Notes under the pieces: model-generated
Databases searched by the model: none
What the model was told of the DNA's origin: nothing
Seen by the model: only the letters and a program-made list of their open reading frames with translations
Made by a program: the position numbers and the translations under genes
DNA from: Planctomycetota bacterium
Lineage (GTDB): Bacteria > Planctomycetota > UBA1135 > UBA2386
Assembly (NCBI GenBank): GCA_947501605.1
Contig: CANMWZ010000011.1
Location: 32,001-96,000, forward strand
Direction of reading: 5' to 3'
DNA length: 64,000 nucleotides
Shown: positions 40,098-49,128 of the stretch, piece after piece
Layout of the letters: every line of letters begins with the position of its first letter
Numbering within the stretch: the first letter of the stretch is position 1

Positions 40098-42086
40098 TCA
40101 GTTGCCGATCAGGCCCGACGCGGCATCCGAGAAGGTGCCGCCGAGGGTGTTGATGGCAGGGTCGAACGAGAACGCCTGGATGTAGAGGTTCAGACCCAGG
40201 AAGACCGGGTCGGCCGGGATCGCTTGCACCCAGTTCGCGGTGCCACCAGCCGAGAAGAACAGGCCGGCGTTGATGTCCGCGCTGCTGCGGATGAAGCAAC
40301 CAGCCGCACCGAGCGGCGTCGCCTCAATCGGCAGCGGGAAGCCGCTGAACAGCGTGTTGCTGAAGCCGATGAACGGGATCACGCCGAGCGGCGTGTTGGT
40401 GAAGTCGACCACCATGTTCTGGCCGACGCGCGGACGCGCACTGGCAACGTTACCCGGGATGCCGAGCGTGCCTGGGCAGCCGGCGCCGTAGGTGTAGTAG
40501 CCAGCCATGCCGGTCGCGGCCGTCGAGTAGTTGAGGCGACCGTTGAACACACGCGGCGTGAACAACGTGCTGGTGCCGCTGAACGCAACCGTGCGCACCT
40601 GGCCGAGGGTCAGGGTGACGTCGGCGTTCGAGTAGCTCTGGTTCGTGCCATTCCCGTTGGTGTAGGCGAGGCCTGCACCGGTGAGCACGACCGTGAAGCC
40701 GTGGATGCCGGGCGTCAGGTAGACCGGCGTCGCGAGTTGGATGTAGGTCGGGGTGCCGATGACCTCGGCCGTGCCCGTACCGCTCACTTGGCTCCAGCCG
40801 GCGATCGACACGTCGTTGCCGACGTAGGTACCGTCGCGCGTGTAGACGTCACAGGTCAGCGCCCCACCAGCAGTCGCCGTGTTGACGTTGACGTGGATAC
40901 CGCAGACCTCGATGCCGTTCGTCGCGGTGACGTTGGCGTCGAAGTTCATGGCATAGCCCGTGGCCCCGGCGTTGCCGGCGACGAGCGTCGTCGCGATCGA
41001 CGACTGCGGCGCGAACGTGATCGTGCGGCTGGCCGTGCGGCAGCTGTTCGTGGCGGTAAGCGAGACCGGGATCGGCCCGCAGCCAGCCGTGTAGCTCCAC
41101 ACCGGGTTCTGGTTGGTCGCATCGACACCGGGGATGCCATCGAGGTCCCACTGCCAGCCCGAGGCCGACGGCGAGGTGACCGCCGTGAACTGGAACAGCG
41201 CGGGCTCTGCGATCTTCTGCCAGGTGAAGTTGGCAGCCAACGCATCGACGACGATGAAGTTGGTGCGCGTCACTTGGTAGTTGCCGAGTGCGTCGAACGC
41301 CGTGAGGCGCACGCTGTAGTCGCCGCACGTGTAGCTCCGCAACGGGTTCGTCGTGAAGTCGTCGTCGATGTTGTCGCCGTCGAGGTCCCACGCGAAGACC
41401 GTGAACCCGAGCGGGTCCATCGACGCCGAGCCGTTGGTGAACTGCACGTTCATCGGACCCGTGCCCGTGCGCGGTGTCGCCGCGAACGTCAGCAAGCTCG
41501 TCATCTGGTAGTGCAGACGCATGTTGAGCGTGCGAACCGCCGACTGGCCGCCCGAGAACGGCGCCGCCGAGGTCGAGTTCTGGATGACGGCCGAGGTGAG
41601 GTCAGCCGACAGCTCCGCGGTCGAGAACAGCGTGGGCAGCGGCGGGATCTGGGTCGAGCCGTTGGTGTAGACGTGGCGGAAGTTCTTGCAGTGCAGAGCC
41701 ACACCGTAGGTACCGGGCAAAAGGAAGATGCCCGTGTCCAGCACGATGTTGGCGGCACCGGTGCCGTCAGCGACGAAGCCCGAGGCCGAGCTCCGCTTCG
41801 TCCCCCAAACAGCGGGAAGCGAGTGGTTGCCGACGTGCGTGCCGCCGGGAGCCGTGAGGTAGACGTCGAATGCGCTGGTCGCAGCGTTGAGGTCTTGCGC
41901 ACGAATATCGATCTGCGACAGGATCAGCCCTGAACCGACCGTGACCGTCGTATCGAAGTAGAGCGTGTTCGAGAACGGCGCCGTCGCCGTGAGCGCGAGT
42001 CCACCGATCATCGTGGTGGTCAGCGGCGATTGCGCAACCGCAACCGTCGCGAGCGAAACGAACGAAGCAAGAAGCAGCGATCTCAT
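40098..42086 (-). CDS. Secreted protein: repeated beta-sandwich domain x2, PKD domain x2, shared C-terminal domain
   Basis: Signal MRSLLLASFVSLATVAVAQ; two WDLDG PKD motifs; internal duplication (FD.TVT...DVY....T.VGN...L.PG..G.....YTNG). Confidence 0.85.
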   Translation of the reverse strand: MRSLLLASFVSLATVAVAQSPLTTTMIGGLALTATAPFSNTLYFDTTVTVGSGLILSQIDIRAQDLNAATSAFDVYLTAPGGTHVGNHSLPAVWGTKRSSASGFVADGTGAANIVLDTGIFLLPGTYGVALHCKNFRHVYTNGSTQIPPLPTLFSTAELSADLTSAVIQNSTSAAPFSGGQSAVRTLNMRLHYQMTSLLTFAATPRTGTGPMNVQFTNGSASMDPLGFTVFAWDLDGDNIDDDFTTNPLRSYTCGDYSVRLTAFDALGNYQVTRTNFIVVDALAANFTWQKIAEPALFQFTAVTSPSASGWQWDLDGIPGVDATNQNPVWSYTAGCGPIPVSLTATNSCRTASRTITFAPQSSIATTLVAGNAGATGYAMNFDANVTATNGIEVCGIHVNVNTATAGGALTCDVYTRDGTYVGNDVSIAGWSQVSGTGTAEVIGTPTYIQLATPVYLTPGIHGFTVVLTGAGLAYTNGNGTNQSYSNADVTLTLGQVRTVAFSGTSTLFTPRVFNGRLNYSTAATGMAGYYTYGAGCPGTLGIPGNVASARPRVGQNMVVDFTNTPLGVIPFIGFSNTLFSGFPLPIEATPLGAAGCFIRSSADINAGLFFSAGGTANWVQAIPADPVFLGLNLYIQAFSFDPAINTLGGTFSDAASGLIGN

Positions 42087-42245
42087 GGACAGAATCCTCT
42101 CCGAGTAAGCGGGGAATGAGCGGACGTCAAATCTAGCAACCTGCACTCCGACTGTCACCGCCCCCGATCCACACTCGGCCCCTGCTACCATTTCTTGCTC
42201 GACGTAACCAAGGACCTGCCGCATCGTGCGGATCGAACCCCTGCG

Positions 42246-43166
42246 ATGACCGACCCCAACGAACCTCTTGCTGCGACTGCCACCTTCGTCGTCGATGCCG
42301 AAGCGGACCAGCGCCTCGATGCGGCGCTGCGCGCCCGCGCGCCGCAGTTCTCGCTGCAGAAGACCCGCTCACTGTGCGGCATCGGCGCCATCGCGGTCAA
42401 TGGCGTCCGCGCGCCCGCAACCCACCGTCTGCGCCTTGGCGAACGTGTTTCCTGGCATCCCGCCCTGGCAGAACTCTCCCTGCAACTCGGTCTCGCGGTC
42501 GTGTGCGACCGCGACGGCGTGCTCGTCTTGCACAAATTGCCTGGCGCAGCCGTGCACGCGGGGCCGCTGGTCGACGACCCCATCGCGGCTCGCCTCCAAG
42601 CGGTGCTGCCCGAGGCCGGCCTGTGCCAACGCCTCGATCGCCCGGCATCGGGGTTGTTGCTCTGCGGTCGCGATGCGGCCGCCGTGCGCGCGATCTCGAT
42701 GGCGATGGAGCGCGCGGAAATCGAGCGGCACTACCTCGGCATCGCCCACGGCGTGATCGAGATCGACGAGCGCACCATCGATCTGCCGCTGCTGACAACC
42801 GACGAACCCCAGGGCGACCGGCCCAAAGTGATCGTCGACCACGAACACGGGACGCGCGCCGTCACCCATCTGACCGTGGTCGCGCGGTCGCGCACCGCAA
42901 CCCTCGTTCGCTTGCGCCTAGAGACCGGTCGCACCCACCAGATCCGCGCCCATCTGCGTGCCATCGGCCATCCGCTGCTCGGAGACGCACGCTACGGCGA
43001 CCCGGCGGCCGACGCGATCGCACATCGCACGTATGGTATCGACCGAGTGCTCCTGCACAGCGAACGGCTGCGCCTCGCCGCGCCTGCGACCGGCGAGATC
43101 CTGGAGTTGCGGGCGATGCACGAGCCCGACATGGCGCGCATGTTTGCTGTACTGCGCGAACGCTGA
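42246..43166 (+). CDS. RluA/RluD-family pseudouridine synthase
   Basis: S4-like QRLD N-terminus, KLPG..VH, catalytic QRLDRPASG, LETGRTHQIRAH, GHPLLGDARYG, LHS. Confidence 0.9.
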   Translation: MTDPNEPLAATATFVVDAEADQRLDAALRARAPQFSLQKTRSLCGIGAIAVNGVRAPATHRLRLGERVSWHPALAELSLQLGLAVVCDRDGVLVLHKLPGAAVHAGPLVDDPIAARLQAVLPEAGLCQRLDRPASGLLLCGRDAAAVRAISMAMERAEIERHYLGIAHGVIEIDERTIDLPLLTTDEPQGDRPKVIVDHEHGTRAVTHLTVVARSRTATLVRLRLETGRTHQIRAHLRAIGHPLLGDARYGDPAADAIAHRTYGIDRVLLHSERLRLAAPATGEILELRAMHEPDMARMFAVLRER

Positions 43167-43197
43167 CACCCGACCTCGTGCTGCCATCGATCCCACC

Positions 43198-45405
43198 ATG
43201 ATCGCTCTCGTGCGGGTGCTGCTGCTCGTCGCCCTCATCGCCACGCCCGCGTCGGCACAGACAAGCCCAGAAGAGCCTCGCGCGGGACGACCGCGCATCG
43301 GCCTCGTACTCAGCGGCGGGGGCGCGCGCGGCACCGCCCACGTCGGGGTGCTGCAGGTGCTGGAAGAACTGCGCATCCCGATCGACTGCATCGCCGGTAC
43401 CAGCATGGGCGCCATCGTCGGTGGCCTCTACGCCTACGGCCGCACGACGGCAGAACTCGAACAGCTCGTGACGCGGCGCTCGCTGACGACGACCTGGCAG
43501 GATCTGCTGCGCGATGGTGGCCCGTTCGTGACGCTGCCGTTCCGCCGCAAGGAAGAGGCGCAGACCTACCTCGCCGGCCCCAAGTTCGGCATCCGCAACG
43601 GCAGCTTCCGCTTGCCCAAGGGCCTGCTGCAGGGGCAGAACCTCGAGACGGAGTTGCGACTGCTGACCTTGGCGGCCCATGACTTGCCGACCTTTGACGA
43701 CTTGCCGATTCCGTTTCGATGCACGGCGGTCGACGTGCGCACCGGCAAGAAAGTAGTGCTCGACCGCGGCAATCTGGCCGACGCGATGCGTGCGAGCATG
43801 TCACTGCCCGGCATCTTCGCGCCGGCGCGCATCGATGGCCGCGATCTGCTCGACGGTGGCCTCGCCGACAACGTGCCGATCGCGGTTGCGCGCGCAATGA
43901 ACGTCGACGTCCTGATCGTGATCGACATCGGCACGCCGGTCGACTCTGTGGGCGCGGCATCGAGTGTGCTCGACGTGTCGCTGAAGGTGATGGCGATCCT
44001 GACGCAACAAAACGTCGATCACAGCCTCGCCAGGATGCAACCCGGCGACCTGCTGATCCGACCGGACCTCGGCGACATCACGTCGAAGGACTTCGAGCGC
44101 GCGGCGAAGGCAATCGCGATCGGCCGCGCCGCCGCAATTGCGCGCGCCGACGATCTGCGCCGGTGGTCGTTGCCGCGAGCAGACTACGATGCGCACCGCG
44201 AAGCGCAGCAGCGGCGACCAATGCCGCCACCGCGGCTTGCGTCGCTGTCGATCGCCAACGACTCGAGCCTCTCCGACGACATGCTGCGCGCCCGCACCTC
44301 GCTGCGCGCCGGCGAGCCCTTCGACGAAGCGCAACTCCGGGAGGACCTCGACCGCCTGTTCGCCATCGACCTGTTCCAGCGCGTGCGCTTCGACGTGACG
44401 CCGCGTGGTGACGGGAGCGCCGACCTACGCTTGCAGGCGGAAGAGAAGGACTGGGGACCGAGCTTCATGACGTTTGGCCTGTCGCTGCAGACCGACGCCG
44501 AGCGCAGTTGGTTCCAACTCGCCGGTCTGCACGTGGCTCGTGGACTCGACCAGCTGGGGGCGGAACTGCGCACGGTCGCGGAGATCGGCGAGCGCACCAG
44601 CCTTGGCACGGAGTGGTACCAGCCGCTGTCCACCAGCGGTCGGTGGTTTGTGGCGCCGCGCGCCCTGGCCCGCGAGTCGCAGCTCGACGTCTACCAGAAC
44701 GGGGCGCAGATCGCCGAGCAACAGCTACGGCAAGCGGACGCCGGACTCGATCTCGGACTCTCGCTCGGCAGCCTCGGTGAACTCCGCGCCGGCTACGTGC
44801 GCCTGTTCGGCGAATCGGACATCGGACTCACCACGGCGCCCTTGGCCGACAGCGAGTTCGACGATGGCTACCTGCGCCTGCGCGCGGTGCTCGACACCAA
44901 GAACGCGGCCTACTTCGCAACGGCTGGTTCGCACCTGCTGACCGAGTATCGCCACGCCGATCTCGGCCTGCAGACGAACGATCGGTTCCACAGTCTGCTC
45001 GTACGAGCCGACCACGCCGTCACCATCGGCGACGTCACGCTCGTGCCGGCGATCGAATTCGACACCATGCTCGAAGGCCAACGGCCGGAGTGGGACAAAC
45101 CGTCGCTCGGTGGGTTCTTGCGCCTGTCCGGCTTGCCGGTCGCCGCGAGCGTCGTGCAGCACTTGGCACTGGCGCGCCTCGGCGGCCGCGTGCCGGTGTC
45201 GTCTGGCCTCGTGCCCGTGCATGTCGGCGCGACCGTCGAACTGGCCAGCGCCTGGCAGTCGCGCGACCAACGCTTCGACGATACGAGGCTCGGCGGCAGC
45301 GTCTTCGCGGCGCTCGAAACCCCGATCGGTCCGCTCTACCTCGGCCTCGGCCTTGCGGATGGCGGCGAGTCGACTGGGTTCTTGCTGCTCGGCCCAGGCT
45401 TCTGA
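43198..45405 (+). CDS. Patatin-like phospholipase with POTRA and beta-barrel (PlpD/type Vd architecture)
   Basis: Signal peptide, LSGGGARG, GTSMG, DGG, POTRA-like segment, C-terminal ETPIGPLYLG...GPGF. Confidence 0.88.
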   Translation: MIALVRVLLLVALIATPASAQTSPEEPRAGRPRIGLVLSGGGARGTAHVGVLQVLEELRIPIDCIAGTSMGAIVGGLYAYGRTTAELEQLVTRRSLTTTWQDLLRDGGPFVTLPFRRKEEAQTYLAGPKFGIRNGSFRLPKGLLQGQNLETELRLLTLAAHDLPTFDDLPIPFRCTAVDVRTGKKVVLDRGNLADAMRASMSLPGIFAPARIDGRDLLDGGLADNVPIAVARAMNVDVLIVIDIGTPVDSVGAASSVLDVSLKVMAILTQQNVDHSLARMQPGDLLIRPDLGDITSKDFERAAKAIAIGRAAAIARADDLRRWSLPRADYDAHREAQQRRPMPPPRLASLSIANDSSLSDDMLRARTSLRAGEPFDEAQLREDLDRLFAIDLFQRVRFDVTPRGDGSADLRLQAEEKDWGPSFMTFGLSLQTDAERSWFQLAGLHVARGLDQLGAELRTVAEIGERTSLGTEWYQPLSTSGRWFVAPRALARESQLDVYQNGAQIAEQQLRQADAGLDLGLSLGSLGELRAGYVRLFGESDIGLTTAPLADSEFDDGYLRLRAVLDTKNAAYFATAGSHLLTEYRHADLGLQTNDRFHSLLVRADHAVTIGDVTLVPAIEFDTMLEGQRPEWDKPSLGGFLRLSGLPVAASVVQHLALARLGGRVPVSSGLVPVHVGATVELASAWQSRDQRFDDTRLGGSVFAALETPIGPLYLGLGLADGGESTGFLLLGPGF

Positions 45406-45433
45406 CCAAGTCAGGGGAGCTTGTGGAGCAAGG

Positions 45434-46039
45434 TCAGAACTTCATGACGAACTGCAACACCTGCCAGCCCCAGTAGCCGCGCTCCCCTGACAGCTCCTCC
45501 GTCGACACGTAGTAGTTGACTTCGGATGCGATCATGCCGCGGTCGCTGGTCTGGATCCGCAGTCCGGCACCACCGCTGAACAGGAGACCCCATTCGCTGC
45601 CGCGGCCGAGTGTGTCCACGTAGCCAAGACCACTGCCGACCGTGACGTAGGGCTGCAGCGTGTCATTGCGCGGCAAGAAGTACCGGGCCTGGCCCATCGC
45701 ACCGAACAACGACTCGCTGTCGTCGAAACCAAAGTGCACCGACGGACCGAGGGTGAGATTGGTATCGATCGGAATGTCGTACGAGGACGCGAAGAACGTC
45801 ATTACTGGCGATGTCGTGAAGCCGATGCCCATCGGTACCAACGCATCGGCCGGCGCGTTGCCGTCGGCGCCGAACGCAGTGGGCTGCGTCGGTGCGGGAT
45901 CAGTACTCGCCGGTGCCGGTGCAGGCATCGACGACACGAAGGTCTCGGTCAGCGGCGGAGCGGAGCTTCGCGAGGCGACCGGCGCCGTCGCACAGGCGAC
46001 CAACGGCAAGAGGGCTACGAGCGAGAAGGTGTGGTGCAT
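45434..46039 (-). CDS. Putative small outer-membrane beta-barrel protein with lipoprotein-like signal
   Basis: LLPLVAC, Pro/Thr linker, alternating strands (LQPYVTVGSGLG, GGAGLRI), terminal Phe. Confidence 0.7.
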   Translation of the reverse strand: MHHTFSLVALLPLVACATAPVASRSSAPPLTETFVSSMPAPAPASTDPAPTQPTAFGADGNAPADALVPMGIGFTTSPVMTFFASSYDIPIDTNLTLGPSVHFGFDDSESLFGAMGQARYFLPRNDTLQPYVTVGSGLGYVDTLGRGSEWGLLFSGGAGLRIQTSDRGMIASEVNYYVSTEELSGERGYWGWQVLQFVMKF

Positions 46040-46117
46040 AGCAGGAGGGCAGGGACTGGAATCCACTTCGATCGGCGTCGGCGTGGCGGCCGAAACGACA
46101 ACCGGGAACTATCCGGA

Positions 46118-46762
46118 TCAGAAGGTCAGCGAGGCGCCGAGCTGCAGGAACGAACCGAAGGCCTCGGTGTCGCCAGGATGGCCGTAGACCACACCGCCGC
46201 CGCCGAAGTCGAACGACAGGGATCGCGTCGGCCGGAACGACAGCAGCAAGCGCAACTGCGCCGCGCCTTCGCGAATCGAACGCAGAGAACCACCCGAGAC
46301 ATCGATGGCTGCCGCACCGAGACCGGCGCCGACGATGAGATCGAAGTTGCCACCGCCGTCGGCGAGCGGCACGCGCACGTCGAAGTCGAGGAACCCCGAC
46401 TGCACGTCGATGTCGCTGGCGTCGTTGGAGAGCTCGAAGCCCTGGTAGCTGATCCCGATGCTCTGGTCGCGGTTGCCGACAGCGGCGCGCGCGCCGTAGC
46501 CGCTGCCGTCGGCGGCGCCGATGTCACTGGTTGGCACCAGCGGATCATCGGAATCGAGTCGAAACCACGCGGCTGGTAACCACGCCGCCTCGACGACGAG
46601 GCGATCGCCCCACTGGCCACCGCCCGCTTGGTAGCGCGTTCCGTACCGCGGCTCTTGGGTTGCTACCGAGGCGAGCGGCAGCGTTTGGCACGACGCGAGC
46701 GCGAGCGCGACCAACAGCGCGAATACCAACGGAGTGGACAGCAACGAGGAGAACTTCGGCAT
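46118..46762 (-). CDS. Putative small outer-membrane beta-barrel protein with lipoprotein-like signal
   Basis: LALASC, amphipathic strands, C-terminal FLQLGASLTF beta-signal-like end. Confidence 0.72.
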   Translation of the reverse strand: MPKFSSLLSTPLVFALLVALALASCQTLPLASVATQEPRYGTRYQAGGGQWGDRLVVEAAWLPAAWFRLDSDDPLVPTSDIGAADGSGYGARAAVGNRDQSIGISYQGFELSNDASDIDVQSGFLDFDVRVPLADGGGNFDLIVGAGLGAAAIDVSGGSLRSIREGAAQLRLLLSFRPTRSLSFDFGGGGVVYGHPGDTEAFGSFLQLGASLTF

Positions 46763-46851
46763 GGCATTCACGGCAACCACGGCGAAACATCAAAGCCGTG
46801 AGGGCAGCGCAAGTCCACGCCCCACAACCGCGGATTCGAAGGCCGGCGCGC

Positions 46852-48045
46852 TCAGACTCCAGGGCCCCACGGGGTCGACTGCTGGCCCGGTCCACCGCGC
46901 CGAACAGCGCCTTCGCCATGGCGATCGCGGATCGCGTCCATGGCCGCGAGCACCTTCTGCGCCCGCATGTCGCGAACGGCGAAGAGCGACCCTTGCTTTG
47001 CCGCCGCCGCCGCACCGAGTCCCGCAGCCGTCACGCCGAGCAGGCGGATGCCGGGTCGGCCGCGCCAGCACGCGCGCAGCAAGTCCACCGCCGTGCGATA
47101 CAACACCAGATCGTCCTGCGTCGCCTCGATGGTTCGCTGCCGCAGCAGTGTGGTGAAGTCGGGGTGGCGCAGCTTGAGCTTGACCACGCGCGCGCTGCGG
47201 TCCTGTTGGCGGAGGCGGCGGCCGACTTGTTCGCTGAGTTGCAGCAGCACCTGATGCGCCTGCTCGGCCGTGACGAGGTCCTGTTCGAAGGTCAACTCGT
47301 GACCGAGCGTCTTGGCTTCGCGCTCGCTCTCGACCGGTCGTGCGTCGAGACCGTTGGCCAGCACAAACAAGTGCGCCCCGAGATGCTCGCCGAAATCGCA
47401 GACCAGCTGCTCGTGCGACCGCGCCTGCACATCGCCAATCGTGCGCAACGATCGCGCCTGCAACAGCGGCTCGGTCTTCGCACCGATGCCCCACAAGCGT
47501 GACACCGGCAGCGGCGCCAGAAACGCGCGCTCCTGCCCGGGCGGAACCACGACAAGACCGTCGGGTTTGCGAACATCGCTGGCCACCTTGGCGACGAACT
47601 TGCAGGAGGCAACGCCGACCGAGACGGTGAGCTGCACGGCTGCGAACACGTCGCGACGGATCATCGCGGCAATCGCCGCCCCATCGCCGAACAACGGTTC
47701 GCACCCGGTTACGTCGAGGAAGGCCTCGTCCAACGACAGCGGTTCGATGCGGTCGGTGTAGCGAGCGAACACGGACTGCACCGCTTGGCTGACCGCCTCG
47801 TAAACCTGCGGCCGCGGGCGCACGAAGATGCCGTGCGGACACAGCTGCTTTGCGCGCACGCCCGGCATCGCCGAGTGCACGCCGAACGCGCGCGCCTCGT
47901 AGCTCGCCGTGGCCACCACCTGCCGCGGTCCGGATCCGCCAATGATCACCGGTTTGCCGCGCAACTCGGGACGGTCGCGCTGCTCGATGGCCGCATAGAA
48001 CGCGTCCATGTCGGCATGAAGGATCGTGCGCGGGGAGTCCGCCAT
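46852..48045 (-). CDS. dinB: DNA polymerase IV (Y family)
   Basis: ILHADMDAFYA, SYEARAFGV, SLDEAFLD, KVASDVRKPDG, WGIG, RLLGV. Confidence 0.95.
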   Translation of the reverse strand: MADSPRTILHADMDAFYAAIEQRDRPELRGKPVIIGGSGPRQVVATASYEARAFGVHSAMPGVRAKQLCPHGIFVRPRPQVYEAVSQAVQSVFARYTDRIEPLSLDEAFLDVTGCEPLFGDGAAIAAMIRRDVFAAVQLTVSVGVASCKFVAKVASDVRKPDGLVVVPPGQERAFLAPLPVSRLWGIGAKTEPLLQARSLRTIGDVQARSHEQLVCDFGEHLGAHLFVLANGLDARPVESEREAKTLGHELTFEQDLVTAEQAHQVLLQLSEQVGRRLRQQDRSARVVKLKLRHPDFTTLLRQRTIEATQDDLVLYRTAVDLLRACWRGRPGIRLLGVTAAGLGAAAAAKQGSLFAVRDMRAQKVLAAMDAIRDRHGEGAVRRGGPGQQSTPWGPGV

Positions 48046-48530
48046 CTTCAGCAGTGTCGCAAGCACGACGGCTCCAGACCATGGTGCCGAACGTCGCGCA
48101 CTCCAATAGGCAGTTTCCACCGGCCGCCGCCGGGTTCGCGGCGCCTGGCTCGCAGCTCCTACTCCGGCTAGGAGCGCCTGCAGCCCACCCGGCCGCGGAG
48201 CCGGGAAGGGTCGCCTAGTCCTGGGGGCTCGACGCCGGCGGAAATGCCACCAACGTCACCGCCGGGTTCGCAGCCGCCCAGAAGGCGATGGAGGAGTCCG
48301 ACGCGGCAGTCTTGGCGATGGCCGGCACACATCGACCTGCGGGGGAATTGCCGGTCGCAGCGTGCGCTTTGTGAATTCTGGCTCTTGGGACAGGGCAGGA
48401 AGTTCTCATCGTGCTCGCCGCCCCTACCATCCAACGCTCCGCCGCGGCCCGAACCGCGAAGCTGGCCACAGCTTGCCGCATCGCACGGCGAGGGCAGAAT
48501 CAGCGGATCCGCAGTCACTTTGCCCTGTCC

Positions 48531-49127
48531 GTGCACGAGAACACCCGCAGCCTCGTCGCCCGCGCGCTCGCCAACGACGGCGACGCCGTGGAGACCCTGT
48601 TCCAGCGCTATCGCGAACGACTGCGCTCGGCGCTACGTAAACTCGTGGGCCCAAAGTACCGCCTGCTGCTGGCGGACAGCGACGACGCCACGCAAGACGC
48701 CATCCTCTCGGCGCTGCGCCGCCTGGGGCAGTTCGAGTACCGGGGCGACGGCTCCTTCCTCGCGTGGCTGCTGAAGGGCGCCGAGTTCGAGATCCTGCGC
48801 CGGGTGCGCGCGCTCGAGACCCGCAAGCGTTCGGGCCCGCAGCGCGACGTCGAACTCGACACGCAGCTCGTCCGCATGCTGCCGGGGGATGACAAGACCC
48901 CTGCCGACCTAGTCGCCGAACAGGAAATGGCGGAGCGCGTGCGCGCAGCACTTACCCGCCTGCCCGATCGCGAACGCGAGGTCATCATGCTGCGGCGCTA
49001 CCTCGAACTCGACAACGAGGAGATCTGCAACGAACTCGGCCTGCCAACCGCCGGCGCCGTGCGCGCTCTGCTGTCGCGCGCCCAGGCCCGCTTGTCCGAC
49101 ATGCTCGCCGACGAAGAGGACTCCTGA
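48531..49127 (+). CDS. ECF sigma-70 factor
   Basis: GDAVETLFQRY, DDATQD, FLAWL, region 4 LPDREREVIMLR...EICNELG...AVRALLSRA. GTG start at 48531 chosen. Confidence 0.9.
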   Translation: MHENTRSLVARALANDGDAVETLFQRYRERLRSALRKLVGPKYRLLLADSDDATQDAILSALRRLGQFEYRGDGSFLAWLLKGAEFEILRRVRALETRKRSGPQRDVELDTQLVRMLPGDDKTPADLVAEQEMAERVRAALTRLPDREREVIMLRRYLELDNEEICNELGLPTAGAVRALLSRAQARLSDMLADEEDS

Positions 49128-49128
49128 C

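Noticed and set aside
42246..43166. QRLD instead of HRLD in the pseudouridine synthase
   Set aside because: Catalytic Asp and the other motifs are retained; a minor variant.
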